From a virus (Duplodnaviria > Caudoviricetes), in IMG/VR virus record IMGVR_UViG_3300037634_004613, positions 1 to 40,743 of that record: DNA of 40,743 bases. One strand, given 5' to 3'. Below are positions 27,445 through 36,656 of this stretch, in pieces. A program made the position numbers and the translations under genes. Position 1 is the stretch's first letter. The number at the start of each line of letters is the position of its first letter. Under the pieces are notes generated by a model. That model was not told the DNA's origin, ran no database searches, and saw only the letters and a list, made by a program, of their open reading frames with translations.

Positions 27445-28469
27445 TAAGTAGATACTCCATCTAGATTTTCAAATAATTTATATACATGTAACGCAATGTT
27501 TTCTGGCTTATATAATTCAGAAAACTTTTTTCTTGCATTTTCTATAATATAACGATAATTATTGTAATTTCCCAATATCATTTCAATTTTATTTTGAAGA
27601 TCGGAAAAATCGTGTTTACATGCGATATATGTTTCATTATCTATAAATGGGTCTAAACACGTATCTATATAACTCATATCTGGCTTAATAAGTATTGCAC
27701 CAAACATTGCCGCTTCTAGATCTCTTGGTGCCATTTCGCCATATCCAAATGGAGCAAAAATTATTTTAGAATTAATTAATTTTTTATAATATTCTTCTGA
27801 AGAAACACGTTTTCCTTGAACAAGTTTAGCAATATTATAATTTGATTTATTTAGTATATCAATACTTGGTTTTCTAAATTTATCATAATAATCGCTTTGT
27901 ATTAAGCCATGTTCATGACTTAATGTCAATGATGGATATTGAAACATTGCCGATACATCATATTCTTTTACATAAGAATAATCATACCACTGGACATTTA
28001 TTCCTGCCCAATGAGTTGTTAACCAATTAGTCCCTGATAAGACAATACGATTTGAATATTGATCAAAGTCGTCTAATTTATAATCTCCGGGGCCCCAATA
28101 ATATCTTCCTAATTGCCATCCTTGTTTGTATAATGATCGATCTTTTAACAGACTGTTTTTAAGTAATAGTAATGCATCTGATTCTTTGAAAACTTCATAT
28201 GCTCCTATTAACGATGTAGAATCTTGTCCATCAAGTAGCATATAATCACCGGTGATTTTTGATAGAAATTCTAACCCAGTATCTACCGATTCTTGTAATG
28301 ATACTTTTTTGTTTAGAAAACTAGCCTGCGCGATCCAAGCATAATCATATGAATCTCCTTGAGTGAATTCAATTCCTACATCTCGAAGTACATTCTGAGC
28401 CCATAAATAAGGACGGAAAGCACATTCATTACGATGTTTATCTAACTCATATAATTTTATTTTAATCAT
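27444..28469 (-). CDS. GT-B glycosyltransferase (Glyco_trans_1_2-like)
   Basis: YYKKLINSKIIFAPFGYGEMAPRDLEAAMFGAILIKP. Confidence 0.75.
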   Translation of the reverse strand: MIKIKLYELDKHRNECAFRPYLWAQNVLRDVGIEFTQGDSYDYAWIAQASFLNKKVSLQESVDTGLEFLSKITGDYMLLDGQDSTSLIGAYEVFKESDALLLLKNSLLKDRSLYKQGWQLGRYYWGPGDYKLDDFDQYSNRIVLSGTNWLTTHWAGINVQWYDYSYVKEYDVSAMFQYPSLTLSHEHGLIQSDYYDKFRKPSIDILNKSNYNIAKLVQGKRVSSEEYYKKLINSKIIFAPFGYGEMAPRDLEAAMFGAILIKPDMSYIDTCLDPFIDNETYIACKHDFSDLQNKIEMILGNYNNYRYIIENARKKFSELYKPENIALHVYKLFENLDGVST

Positions 28470-29104
28470 ATAGTTTCGTAAAATTCATTTTGCATTTCTT
28501 GTCTACCAATATCTTTAATATGCCATAATGCAAATGAACCATCTACTGGTAATTTAGATATAGTCTTGTAACCAGTCAATCTTTCGTGAACTTTCCTTTC
28601 CCAAACAATCTCAGGTTTATTCTTATACAAACGTAACTGAGAATCATTAGGCCAATTAACCCAACCATCTTCATTAACGGTCCATCCCCATTTAGCAATG
28701 TGCTGTTCCGTAAGGCCGTCGACGATATTAACGCGGGGTACCCATATAGCATCAACATTATCATTTGTTTCTAATATTCCTGGTAAGTTAAGGATTAATG
28801 CCTCCGCTGGCATTTCATCAGCGTCTATTTGAAATATCCAATCACCTGTACAGCATTTGTTTAAGAAGTTCTTATGTGCTGCAAAATCATTGTTTAATGG
28901 ATGGTACGATACTCGTATATCAATATAAGCATCATATACCCCTGCAAAGTCCTCTACATAATTTTCAACTTCTTCGCTTCCATTCTCATCATCAACCATA
29001 ATAACTAGTTGGTCTGTAAGTCGCATATTATGCTGTAAGAAATCCAGAAGCCTTTTTATTTCCTCTAATTCATTGCAAACTGGTATTGCGTATGATATTG
29101 TCAC
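28466..29104 (-). CDS. GT2-family glycosyltransferase
   Basis: ISYAIPVCNE, FAAHKN, GDWIFQIDADE, QLRLY, VHERL. Confidence 0.9.
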   Translation of the reverse strand: MTISYAIPVCNELEEIKRLLDFLQHNMRLTDQLVIMVDDENGSEEVENYVEDFAGVYDAYIDIRVSYHPLNNDFAAHKNFLNKCCTGDWIFQIDADEMPAEALILNLPGILETNDNVDAIWVPRVNIVDGLTEQHIAKWGWTVNEDGWVNWPNDSQLRLYKNKPEIVWERKVHERLTGYKTISKLPVDGSFALWHIKDIGRQEMQNEFYETI

Positions 29105-29283
29105 GCTAGAATTCCTTTGCTTAAGATTAATGGCGAGCCATCTTTATGCTTGTTTATCAGAAAGCAAGTACCGGTTTCACTTTCTTCAATAATTAATTTC
29201 TTATCCTTAAATGATTTGTAGTTAGCATAAACGTATTCTGTTACCTGCTCTATAATATTATCTGCTAATTTTTCTTTTGTCAT
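29101..29283 (-). CDS. Hypothetical protein
   Basis: 60-aa ORF overlapping the next gene by 4 nt. Confidence 0.65.
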   Translation of the reverse strand: MTKEKLADNIIEQVTEYVYANYKSFKDKKLIIEESETGTCFLINKHKDGSPLILSKGILA

Positions 29284-29291
29284 AACTTATT

Positions 29292-29582
29292 TTATTTTTT
29301 AGCTTGTGGCTTTTTTCTTGAACCCCTACGAGTTTTAGATTTTTTTGCTAGATCATATGGTTTTGAAACTTTAGTTTTACTAGCTTCGCATTTTGCTAAA
29401 CCAGATGTAAGTTTACCAATCTTTTCTTCATGCTCAATATAATTTCGAGTTATCCTATCATGTATGCGCTGATAATCTACATTGCATTCTGAGTTACGAT
29501 CACGAATATCTCGAGCTAATTTAATATTTGCATATACAGCTAATACTAGTGCTGTTAATGCCATTATGTTTGCTATAATCAT
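29292..29582 (-). CDS. Membrane-anchored coiled-coil protein with basic tail
   Basis: N-terminal hydrophobic helix, Lys/Arg-rich C-terminus, AAGGAG RBS. Confidence 0.7.
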   Translation of the reverse strand: MIIANIMALTALVLAVYANIKLARDIRDRNSECNVDYQRIHDRITRNYIEHEEKIGKLTSGLAKCEASKTKVSKPYDLAKKSKTRRGSRKKPQAKK

Positions 29583-29746
29583 TTTTTCTCCTTATATTTG
29601 AATTTAAATTCTAATTGTTTATATGTACTTGTTGATACATATTCTTTTTCTTCTTCAATAAGCTTATTATAATAAATTCTTATCAAATTTCCTAATTCTT
29701 TATCATCGGCAACCGTTTCTATCAATTGCCGGATCTCATCATTCAT
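29579..29746 (-). CDS. Small hypothetical protein (MNDEIRQLIETVADDKELGNLIRIYYNKL...)
   Basis: 55-aa ORF translated by hand; fills the gap and overlaps both neighbours (8 nt and 4 nt). Confidence 0.65.
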   Translation of the reverse strand: MNDEIRQLIETVADDKELGNLIRIYYNKLIEEEKEYVSTSTYKQLEFKFKYKEKK

Positions 29747-30236
29747 TGACAGCCTCCTCTTCCTGATATGTCTTTGTAATTACTCCATAGAAAGCATCTA
29801 ATGCCGATTCAAACTCAGGTTGCTTGAATTGTTTAGCATTTTCAATATCAACCCGGTTGGTATAATATTGATTCTTGACTCCTGGTACTGGGTAATTTAA
29901 TCTTTCTTCACCTTCAATTGCAATTACTTCTGCAACTTCCCAACACCATTCGGCAATATCTTGACCTTTTGGATATAGCATTACCGTAGGAGTTACCATT
30001 GTAGATGGATACCAGGTTAGTCCTGATTTATCATCTTCAAATTTAAGCTCCCGCATTAATTCCGTTACATGCTCTTCATAATGCTTAATTATATCGGAAC
30101 CAGTCTTCCAACTATCTTTGGTAGTATATCCTGATTCCATGCATAATCGAGATTCTTCATTGGTCTTTTCATCAGACTCGATTATCACACATTTATTGCC
30201 TGTTATTGGCGATGTATCATCATAATCTATTTTCAT
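29739..30236 (-). CDS. Hypothetical protein
   Basis: 165-aa ORF (SPITGNKC...LCMESGY...TWYPS). Confidence 0.75.
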   Translation of the reverse strand: MKIDYDDTSPITGNKCVIIESDEKTNEESRLCMESGYTTKDSWKTGSDIIKHYEEHVTELMRELKFEDDKSGLTWYPSTMVTPTVMLYPKGQDIAEWCWEVAEVIAIEGEERLNYPVPGVKNQYYTNRVDIENAKQFKQPEFESALDAFYGVITKTYQEEEAVNE

Positions 30237-30239
30237 GTT

Positions 30240-31559
30240 TCAGATTTTTTTAAGTTTTGGTAATTTAAGTTTAGGAGCTTCACTAGCACCTACCTTTTTA
30301 AGCTTTGGTAGCCGAAGTGCAACTGGCTCTGGTATGGTAGCTGCGCTAGCTTCAATCATTTCAACTAATTTATCTGCCATGGCATCCATATTGAAATTTT
30401 CATTGATATGTTTACCTTGCTTTTTAGCTCCTGGCTTGTATCGGTCATAATTGCTAAATACATCATGCATTGCTTTTGCAGCTTGTGAATAATCTACTGT
30501 AAACCATTTGCCTTCCTTAAGGATATGATTATCTACGGCAGATGCATGTACATCTGTTAATTTACCTGGTAATAGCAATGCACAATCTGGCTTAAGGAAA
30601 TCCACATGCCCTGACCAGCTGGTAGTGATAATAGGCTTTTCACAAGTACCAAATTCTGCTAATGGTCTTCCATACCCTTCACCTTTGGTAAGCGATACCA
30701 TTGCTTTTACTTTAGGATGATTATATAATGAATTAATTTCATCTTCAGTCATATCACCATGCAATAAATATACATTTGGAGCTTTATTACCATATGGCGC
30801 AAGTACACTGGATATCTTATTCATAATATCATCTCGATCCATTATACTAAAAGTTGCACCGCTAGTTTTAAGTATTAATGCAGGCTTTTTTGTTCCTGAG
30901 GTATGTTTGAATGCTTCTGCAAATGTCTTTATAAGCATTCCGATATCTTTTCGGTCCTGCCCAATATCTCCCCTGAGCCAATGGCCAAGGAACAAAAAGC
31001 AAAACTTTTCTTTAACATCTTTCATTTCAGTGATAATAGATTTTTCAATATCATTTGTTCTATGAAAGATGTCAAGATCTACACCTTCAAATAACACCTC
31101 GACTGGTTTTTCTAATCGTAATTCACCAATCTTCTGCTTTGTCTTATCATCATACTTATCAAACACACAATCTTTAAATACTTTTTTAGAATGCTCTGAT
31201 ACTGTAATAATCTTATCCATTCGGTTGCAACCTTCGATCCACTGCGGAGCACAAACCGTAGTTTCAATTCCAGCTGTAATGCCAATATTATATTTTCCAT
31301 GCGGCTGAAACTCGTTTGGAACTGATACCTGAATATGTATATCAGGCTGCCTGGTAATATTAGTATTTGCAATTCTGCTAATAATATCTTGATCTGCTTC
31401 CGGATCTAATGCTGTCATTGGACAAGCGCCCCATGGCATTGATACTATTTGAATTTCATATTTATCAGAATCAATTAATGATCTCACAATATCTCTTGTA
31501 TGATTACCATATCCCGATCGTGTGCTAACGGGACCTTGTACTACAATAAACTTTTTCAT
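30240..31559 (-). CDS. GT4-family glycosyltransferase with duplicated C-terminal L[RK]LPKLKK motif
   Basis: TRSGYG.H, GITAGIET, TKGEGYGRPLAE, WSGHVDF. Confidence 0.88.
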   Translation of the reverse strand: MKKFIVVQGPVSTRSGYGNHTRDIVRSLIDSDKYEIQIVSMPWGACPMTALDPEADQDIISRIANTNITRQPDIHIQVSVPNEFQPHGKYNIGITAGIETTVCAPQWIEGCNRMDKIITVSEHSKKVFKDCVFDKYDDKTKQKIGELRLEKPVEVLFEGVDLDIFHRTNDIEKSIITEMKDVKEKFCFLFLGHWLRGDIGQDRKDIGMLIKTFAEAFKHTSGTKKPALILKTSGATFSIMDRDDIMNKISSVLAPYGNKAPNVYLLHGDMTEDEINSLYNHPKVKAMVSLTKGEGYGRPLAEFGTCEKPIITTSWSGHVDFLKPDCALLLPGKLTDVHASAVDNHILKEGKWFTVDYSQAAKAMHDVFSNYDRYKPGAKKQGKHINENFNMDAMADKLVEMIEASAATIPEPVALRLPKLKKVGASEAPKLKLPKLKKI

Positions 31560-33010
31560 AGTACTCCCATTTTTTCATTAATCTTTTGCGGCCTTACCCG
31601 ATACATTGAAATCTTTTTTCTAGGCGTCCACTTTTCTAAGCATTCATTAATACATTCAATAAATCTAAATGACATTCTTCTCGCCGACATATTAGATTCA
31701 TCTCCTAATACCCATTCTCTCCCATCTGCTCCCATTTGTTCTCTATCATCCGGTGCAATATCATACCAATACTTGATAGCCTTTGCAGCATCATTGAAAT
31801 CAGCTCGGTCATCAAATATAAAAGGTGTTACAGGAGAACCTGCTAAAGATCGATTGCTAGGAAATACTGGTTTTGACCATCTTCCATGGAATGTATATGT
31901 CCCGGCATGGTTAGTTGGAAAATCAGTTGAGAATTCAATCCATTTACCATCATCATCCGTAAATCTACATCCATCTTGCAATCCACCTGTTACATTATTA
32001 ATGATAGGAGTACCTGCATGTAATGATTCGCACCAGGAAATACCAAATCCTTCATTGGATGCCATATTGATAGTTACATCTGCGATATTGTACATGAAGT
32101 TCATCATTTTAGTATCTACAGGCTTATCACTAAAGATAACTTTATATTTAGGGCAAACAGCTGTTTTAACTGCATATAAATCCGTACCATTTTGATCGAT
32201 AGGCTGGGTATGCATAAGTAATGCACATCGCTCTGCTTTTTCTTTAGGCAACGTCTCACAGAAATTATTAAATGCCAATACTACATCTCCTGGATGCTTT
32301 CTATGTATATTACGGTTATTCCAGAATACTACAAAATCAATATCATTAGTCTTTTGAAATTCTTCCTTGAATTTAATAAATTCATCATAGCCATCCGTTA
32401 ATGGTGTAATCGGAAAGAATTTCTTTTCATTAACTCCATGCGGTACCCATTGTACTGCCCAATCAGGCTTTGGAAATTTCTGTAATACATTTTTTACGAT
32501 ATTCTGCGTTTGCCGTGATATATTCATTAGCAAATCACATGACTCATAGAACGGCTCGTTCCAAGTTGGATAAGGCAAATCATCCCATATGTTGTAATAC
32601 ATTAATGGCATGGTCTGACGAATTTCATGTTCTATCTGATATAACCATTGCCAGAATCTAGGATCTGTAAAATGTAATATAGCATCTGGCTTTTCTGTGT
32701 TAATGATCTGCTTTAATATATTAGCATCTCCATATCCATCTACAGGATATATTTTAACAATTGCATCTTCGACTCCTGTTTCTTTTCGGGCATCTTCTGA
32801 TATATCAAATACTTTACCAGCATCTGGATGCTTGATTGCTGCTCCTAATTGTACCCAATCATATTCTTGGCAAGTACCTAGCACAAATTCACGTGCCATA
32901 GTTGCAATGCCAGAATGCATCCGCAAATCATCAGCTAATAAAAGTATTTTCTTTTTCTTTGGCTTGTTAGGATCTATCTTCCTTAGCCGAGGTAACTTAA
33001 TTGAACTCAT
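31556..33010 (-). CDS. GT4-family glycosyltransferase with N-terminal IKLPRLRK motif
   Basis: LLADD..MHSG, VPHG, NRNIHRK, SNEGFGISWCES..AGTPII. Confidence 0.9.
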   Translation of the reverse strand: MSSIKLPRLRKIDPNKPKKKKILLLADDLRMHSGIATMAREFVLGTCQEYDWVQLGAAIKHPDAGKVFDISEDARKETGVEDAIVKIYPVDGYGDANILKQIINTEKPDAILHFTDPRFWQWLYQIEHEIRQTMPLMYYNIWDDLPYPTWNEPFYESCDLLMNISRQTQNIVKNVLQKFPKPDWAVQWVPHGVNEKKFFPITPLTDGYDEFIKFKEEFQKTNDIDFVVFWNNRNIHRKHPGDVVLAFNNFCETLPKEKAERCALLMHTQPIDQNGTDLYAVKTAVCPKYKVIFSDKPVDTKMMNFMYNIADVTINMASNEGFGISWCESLHAGTPIINNVTGGLQDGCRFTDDDGKWIEFSTDFPTNHAGTYTFHGRWSKPVFPSNRSLAGSPVTPFIFDDRADFNDAAKAIKYWYDIAPDDREQMGADGREWVLGDESNMSARRMSFRFIECINECLEKWTPRKKISMYRVRPQKINEKMGVL

Positions 33011-33032
33011 ATAACTCCTTAAACTATTTAAT

Positions 33033-33040
33033 ATAAATAT
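33033..33040 (-). promoter_or_regulatory. Putative late-promoter motif ATATTTAT heading the glycan cluster
   Basis: Minus strand gtATATTTATattaaatagtttAAGGAGttatATG. Confidence 0.55.
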
Positions 33041-33053
33041 ACATTAGGGACAG

Positions 33054-33266
33054 TTAATCATCTTTTTTCTTGGAGAAAATATAGGTATCAATTGGCCAAA
33101 ATACTAATGCTCCTATAAATTGAAATCCGATAACTGTTGCCCAATGTGGCCATTGCAAAACATCTGTAAATAAATAAAGGCAAGGAGTTGTAATAAAGAA
33201 CCCTGCTTGCCATTTTGCCATATACTTACCAAATGTCTTTGTGAAATAACTTTTTATTGTTTTCAT
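33054..33266 (-). CDS. Small 2-TM membrane protein (GtrA-like half)
   Basis: KYMAKWQ..F, two hydrophobic helices, W.ID.YIF C-terminus. Confidence 0.55.
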   Translation of the reverse strand: MKTIKSYFTKTFGKYMAKWQAGFFITTPCLYLFTDVLQWPHWATVIGFQFIGALVFWPIDTYIFSKKKDD

Positions 33267-33664
33267 GATATAATTACTACTGGTTTATCTAATTTTTTTA
33301 CACTTTTTATTGCACTTTCTGTCCCATTGGCAACTGACCTTGCCGGTACCAATGCTATCATTTTATCACACGCTTTTGCAATTAACATATTCCTATGATG
33401 AAACTGTGATACGTGATATGGCTTTCCATAATAAGAATCTGGCATTACTGAATATAGATTGCGTGGTGTATGTGCTGGATTGTATTCTTGATACTTTAAT
33501 CCAAATTCAATTGCATATTTTTTTACATGGTGGTCGGCACCATCCTTAGCTCCACCACTAATGATTATTAATTCATCGCCTACTTTACGCTTAAGAGATG
33601 TTAGTATATCTTTTATCTTGCGAGTATTATTATATTCTCTCGATCCGATTATTGCTACTTTCAT
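33263..33664 (-). CDS. SLOG-superfamily protein (YspA/DUF2493-like)
   Basis: VAIIGSR, IISGGAKDGAD, RNMLIA, GT..AI. Confidence 0.85.
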   Translation of the reverse strand: MKVAIIGSREYNNTRKIKDILTSLKRKVGDELIIISGGAKDGADHHVKKYAIEFGLKYQEYNPAHTPRNLYSVMPDSYYGKPYHVSQFHHRNMLIAKACDKMIALVPARSVANGTESAIKSVKKLDKPVVIIS

Positions 33665-34614
33665 TCTAATATTCTTTTAGCCTTCGGACATAAATCTTCA
33701 TTATTAGCAAATTCACAATAGCGACAGTTTTTGCGTCCTTTACCTCCAACCGCCGGATATTCCTTATCTAATTTATATGAACCATCTTTATTGAAAGAGG
33801 ATTCAATGAATTGAAATAAATCTCTATTCAATTTATTACGAGTCGGCTTGCCACTTGCAGGCCGGAATTGCTGCACTCTCTTCTGCGGAAACATAGCTCC
33901 TTCAATCAATTGACGCTTCACTATAAAGTATTCAATATGAATCTTTTCTGGATTAACATCAAATTGCTTAGCATAGAACTCTTTATATAATACCAATTGC
34001 TGAGCTTTAAGCTTATCAGCCTTTTGATATTTATTCCATCCCATTGTACTAGTCTTGATATCTATTATAACAATTTCATCCGTAACAGTATTGCGTAATA
34101 CTATATCTAGAAAGCCAATCATCATAATATGAGAATGTTCTTCTGATACCGGATGGCATATTGGAACTTCAATTCCTACCAACTCCCAATTCTTATTAGT
34201 GAAGTATGCAGACCGCTTACGCTTTACCCAATCCAATATTTCAATCCCATGGGTATAAAATTCACCCATCTGGCCTTTAGTTGTAAAATGTTCTACACCA
34301 TTATCCAATGACTTCTTATATTCAGCTTTCATGTTATCAGATAACATAGTATGCAATGGTAATGCATCGGCAGCCTTAATAGATTCCGTATACATAACTG
34401 TAAGATATGTCTGGAATGTTTCGTGAAATGACGATCCGAAGAGGGTGTGTATACTTTGCTGGAAAGTCCTCAATCCATGCGCATATCCTAATTCCCATTG
34501 TTTAGGACATTTAGCATACATTGCATATTGAGAATAAGATATCTTCCGATCCTCTTTCTTAGGCTCTCTCAGTGAGAATTTAATAAGAGGACTAATATAA
34601 TTAGATTCTTTCAT
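33661..34614 (-). CDS. PD-(D/E)XK exonuclease (RecB/Cas4-like, probable Fe-S cluster)
   Basis: ISYSQ...CP, FGSSFHE, GFLD, IIDIKTS, QL.LY, CRYC...C. Confidence 0.88.
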   Translation of the reverse strand: MKESNYISPLIKFSLREPKKEDRKISYSQYAMYAKCPKQWELGYAHGLRTFQQSIHTLFGSSFHETFQTYLTVMYTESIKAADALPLHTMLSDNMKAEYKKSLDNGVEHFTTKGQMGEFYTHGIEILDWVKRKRSAYFTNKNWELVGIEVPICHPVSEEHSHIMMIGFLDIVLRNTVTDEIVIIDIKTSTMGWNKYQKADKLKAQQLVLYKEFYAKQFDVNPEKIHIEYFIVKRQLIEGAMFPQKRVQQFRPASGKPTRNKLNRDLFQFIESSFNKDGSYKLDKEYPAVGGKGRKNCRYCEFANNEDLCPKAKRILE

Positions 34615-34617
34615 ACT

Positions 34618-34649
34618 ATAATATAAGAAAAATTATTGTAAGCTACAAA
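34618..34649 (-). promoter_or_regulatory. Promoter-like TTTG-N20-TATATTAT
   Basis: Same bipartite motif as upstream of 37807 and 40641. Confidence 0.6.
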
Positions 34650-35021
34650 TTATTTCTTCCATAATCCACGTTCTACCAACTGAGCTATGATACCGTAATT
34701 TGTAATATCTTGATAGGTATCTACTAATGATTCGTTGTTTGCTTCGCGCTTACTTACAAGCAAATTCTTCCATCGGTTAACTTTATCATTTAATCTAAAG
34801 AACAATCCAGATAATGCAAATTTCTTTTCATCGTCTGTTTCAAGATTAGTACCTTGAGAAATATTCCCCATTCCATAGTCGAGATGTTTTTTGCAAAATA
34901 ACTCAAATTGCTCATCCATAACTTGTATATAACCATTATATATAGTTGGATATTCTTTCATCATGATTTCTCGTGATAAAGTTTCTATGGATTGAGGTTT
35001 TACATCGCTATTCTTTGTCAT
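34650..35021 (-). CDS. DUF1599/nucleotide-modification-associated domain 1 (Nmad1) protein
   Basis: KKHLDYG..NI, RLNDKVNR, NESLVDTYQDITNYGII. Confidence 0.8.
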   Translation of the reverse strand: MTKNSDVKPQSIETLSREIMMKEYPTIYNGYIQVMDEQFELFCKKHLDYGMGNISQGTNLETDDEKKFALSGLFFRLNDKVNRWKNLLVSKREANNESLVDTYQDITNYGIIAQLVERGLWKK

Positions 35022-35461
35022 TTTGGTTTTTTCAATAATCTTTTAATATTAGCATCGTCGTTACCATACCGCTTTAATTCAGATACCAATTCTTCCTTTG
35101 GTAGCAATTCTAAATAATCAGATGCTTCTTGTTTATTCACCCAAAAGCGGTCGCATATGAACTTCACCAGCTCCGGTTGATACTTATTACCTTTCTTACC
35201 TTTAATATACTTAGAAAAAGTCTTTACCTTAGGTAGCAGTTCATAATACAATTGATATACCTGCTTCTTATCTAACAAGCCAATAGTATATTGCTGTAAC
35301 ATATCAACCAACTCAATATAATCAGGATTCATTGATAGAAATCTATTTATTAGATATGGAGCAAATGACTTTTGGTCTAGTTCAGATAATTCACTCCATG
35401 GAACTTTCTTATGAGTTAAATTAGCAAGATGGTCAAAGATAGTTAATGCTTTCTTAGCCAT
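35018..35461 (-). CDS. Clamp-loader small subunit (T4 gp62-like)
   Basis: FAPYLINRFLS, YELLPK.K.FSKYIK; adjacent to RFC-like subunit and clamp. Confidence 0.75.
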   Translation of the reverse strand: MAKKALTIFDHLANLTHKKVPWSELSELDQKSFAPYLINRFLSMNPDYIELVDMLQQYTIGLLDKKQVYQLYYELLPKVKTFSKYIKGKKGNKYQPELVKFICDRFWVNKQEASDYLELLPKEELVSELKRYGNDDANIKRLLKKPK

Positions 35462-35711
35462 TCAGATCTGAATCCTTAGGTAAAAACTCTGAATTGATAT
35501 GTCCACAATCGTCACAACGAAATAGCGGAAGTGGAACAATCTGTTCTTTACCAGTAGGTGAAATTATCGCTGACAGCCTTTTGAACATTTGAACTGAGCG
35601 AAAGATCTTTCCTCCACATTCTTCACAACAAATATCTTTAAGATCGCTTGCACTAATCTTTAATCGAGTAGGATCCTGTTGTCCTATATTTAAATCGATT
35701 TCTTTTCCCAT
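35454..35711 (-). CDS. Zn-ribbon protein
   Basis: CEECG...CDDCGH. Confidence 0.75.
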   Translation of the reverse strand: MGKEIDLNIGQQDPTRLKISASDLKDICCEECGGKIFRSVQMFKRLSAIISPTGKEQIVPLPLFRCDDCGHINSEFLPKDSDLNG

Positions 35712-35717
35712 AACTTA

Positions 35718-36650
35718 TTACTTTATTTCTGTTAACAATTTTACCATCATCGCCATAACATGCAATTCTTTATCAACTGCAAACGAATCCTGATATTGAG
35801 CTTCTGCAAGTATTAATATACAACTTGCTACATGGCCTTTAGCATAATTATCTATCTCATCAAAAAGAAAGCGATATAATGCCGTAAAATCTCTTACTTT
35901 ACTATCATTAATTAATTGACGGATCTGCTTGAAGCATTCTTTCTTGTCAGATTCATTATTTATTATATCAAGCAGTTTCGTCATATAATTTGCTTGAACA
36001 ATACTATGCTCATCCAACTTCAATACGTTATCTACCGTATGACTCTGACACGTATTAAGTATTCTACGGATATCCGGATAACCATTGTTGACAACAGTGA
36101 CAATATCATTGTTATCAAATGTAACTTCTCTTTCTTGTAAGATAGCTACCATTCGTTTAGCTACATCTGCTTTGGATGGCGGCTCTATACCAAACACCTG
36201 ACAGCGAGATTGAATAGGATCAATAATCTTTTCAACATAATTACAAGTCAATATAAATCTTGTAGTCTTTGAAAACGTCTCCATTAGGTTACGAAGAGCG
36301 GCTTGAGCATTGGCCGTTAAGTAATCTGCCTCATCGAGTATACAGATCTTCCATCTACGGAATCCAATGGTACTAGCAAAATTCTTTATCTTCTCTCTTA
36401 CCGTTTCTACGTTATTCTCATCAGATGCATTGAGATACATTACATCAGCATCAACATTATTAGCAATAATTTTAGCTAGCGTAGTTTTACCAGTACCAGC
36501 TCCTCCACAAAACAATAAATGTGGTACATCACCTGATTCTAAATATACTCTAACTTTACCTACAATATGCTCATTGCCAACATACCCATCATCTAGATCT
36601 TTAGGTCTATACGATTCTACCCATAGGCTATTTTCTACATTTCCAAACAT
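35718..36650 (-). CDS. Clamp-loader AAA+ subunit (T4 gp44/RFC small-subunit-like)
   Basis: LWVESYRP, PHLLF.G.AGTGKTT, LNASDE, ILDEAD, AQAALRN, FILTCN, IQSRC. Confidence 0.95.
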   Translation of the reverse strand: MFGNVENSLWVESYRPKDLDDGYVGNEHIVGKVRVYLESGDVPHLLFCGGAGTGKTTLAKIIANNVDADVMYLNASDENNVETVREKIKNFASTIGFRRWKICILDEADYLTANAQAALRNLMETFSKTTRFILTCNYVEKIIDPIQSRCQVFGIEPPSKADVAKRMVAILQEREVTFDNNDIVTVVNNGYPDIRRILNTCQSHTVDNVLKLDEHSIVQANYMTKLLDIINNESDKKECFKQIRQLINDSKVRDFTALYRFLFDEIDNYAKGHVASCILILAEAQYQDSFAVDKELHVMAMMVKLLTEIK

Positions 36651-36656
36651 TTGTTA

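Noticed and set aside
29739-29756. Protein ending ...EEAVNE*, resembling the VNE linker
   Set aside because: It is at the extreme C-terminus with nothing to release, and is explained by the ATGAATGA overlap with the next gene.
28576-31372. Nested minus-strand ORFs 28576..28764 and 31112..31372
   Set aside because: They are out-of-frame ORFs inside clear glycosyltransferase genes with no independent support.
6966-33010. Bacterial chromosomal capsule/O-antigen locus
   Set aside because: It is flanked by T4-like clamp and clamp-loader genes and phage-type small ORFs, and lacks flippase, polymerase and export genes.
33661-34614. Cas4-like nuclease as evidence for a CRISPR-Cas system
   Set aside because: There are no other cas genes or array; stand-alone Cas4/RecB-like nucleases are common in phage replication modules.
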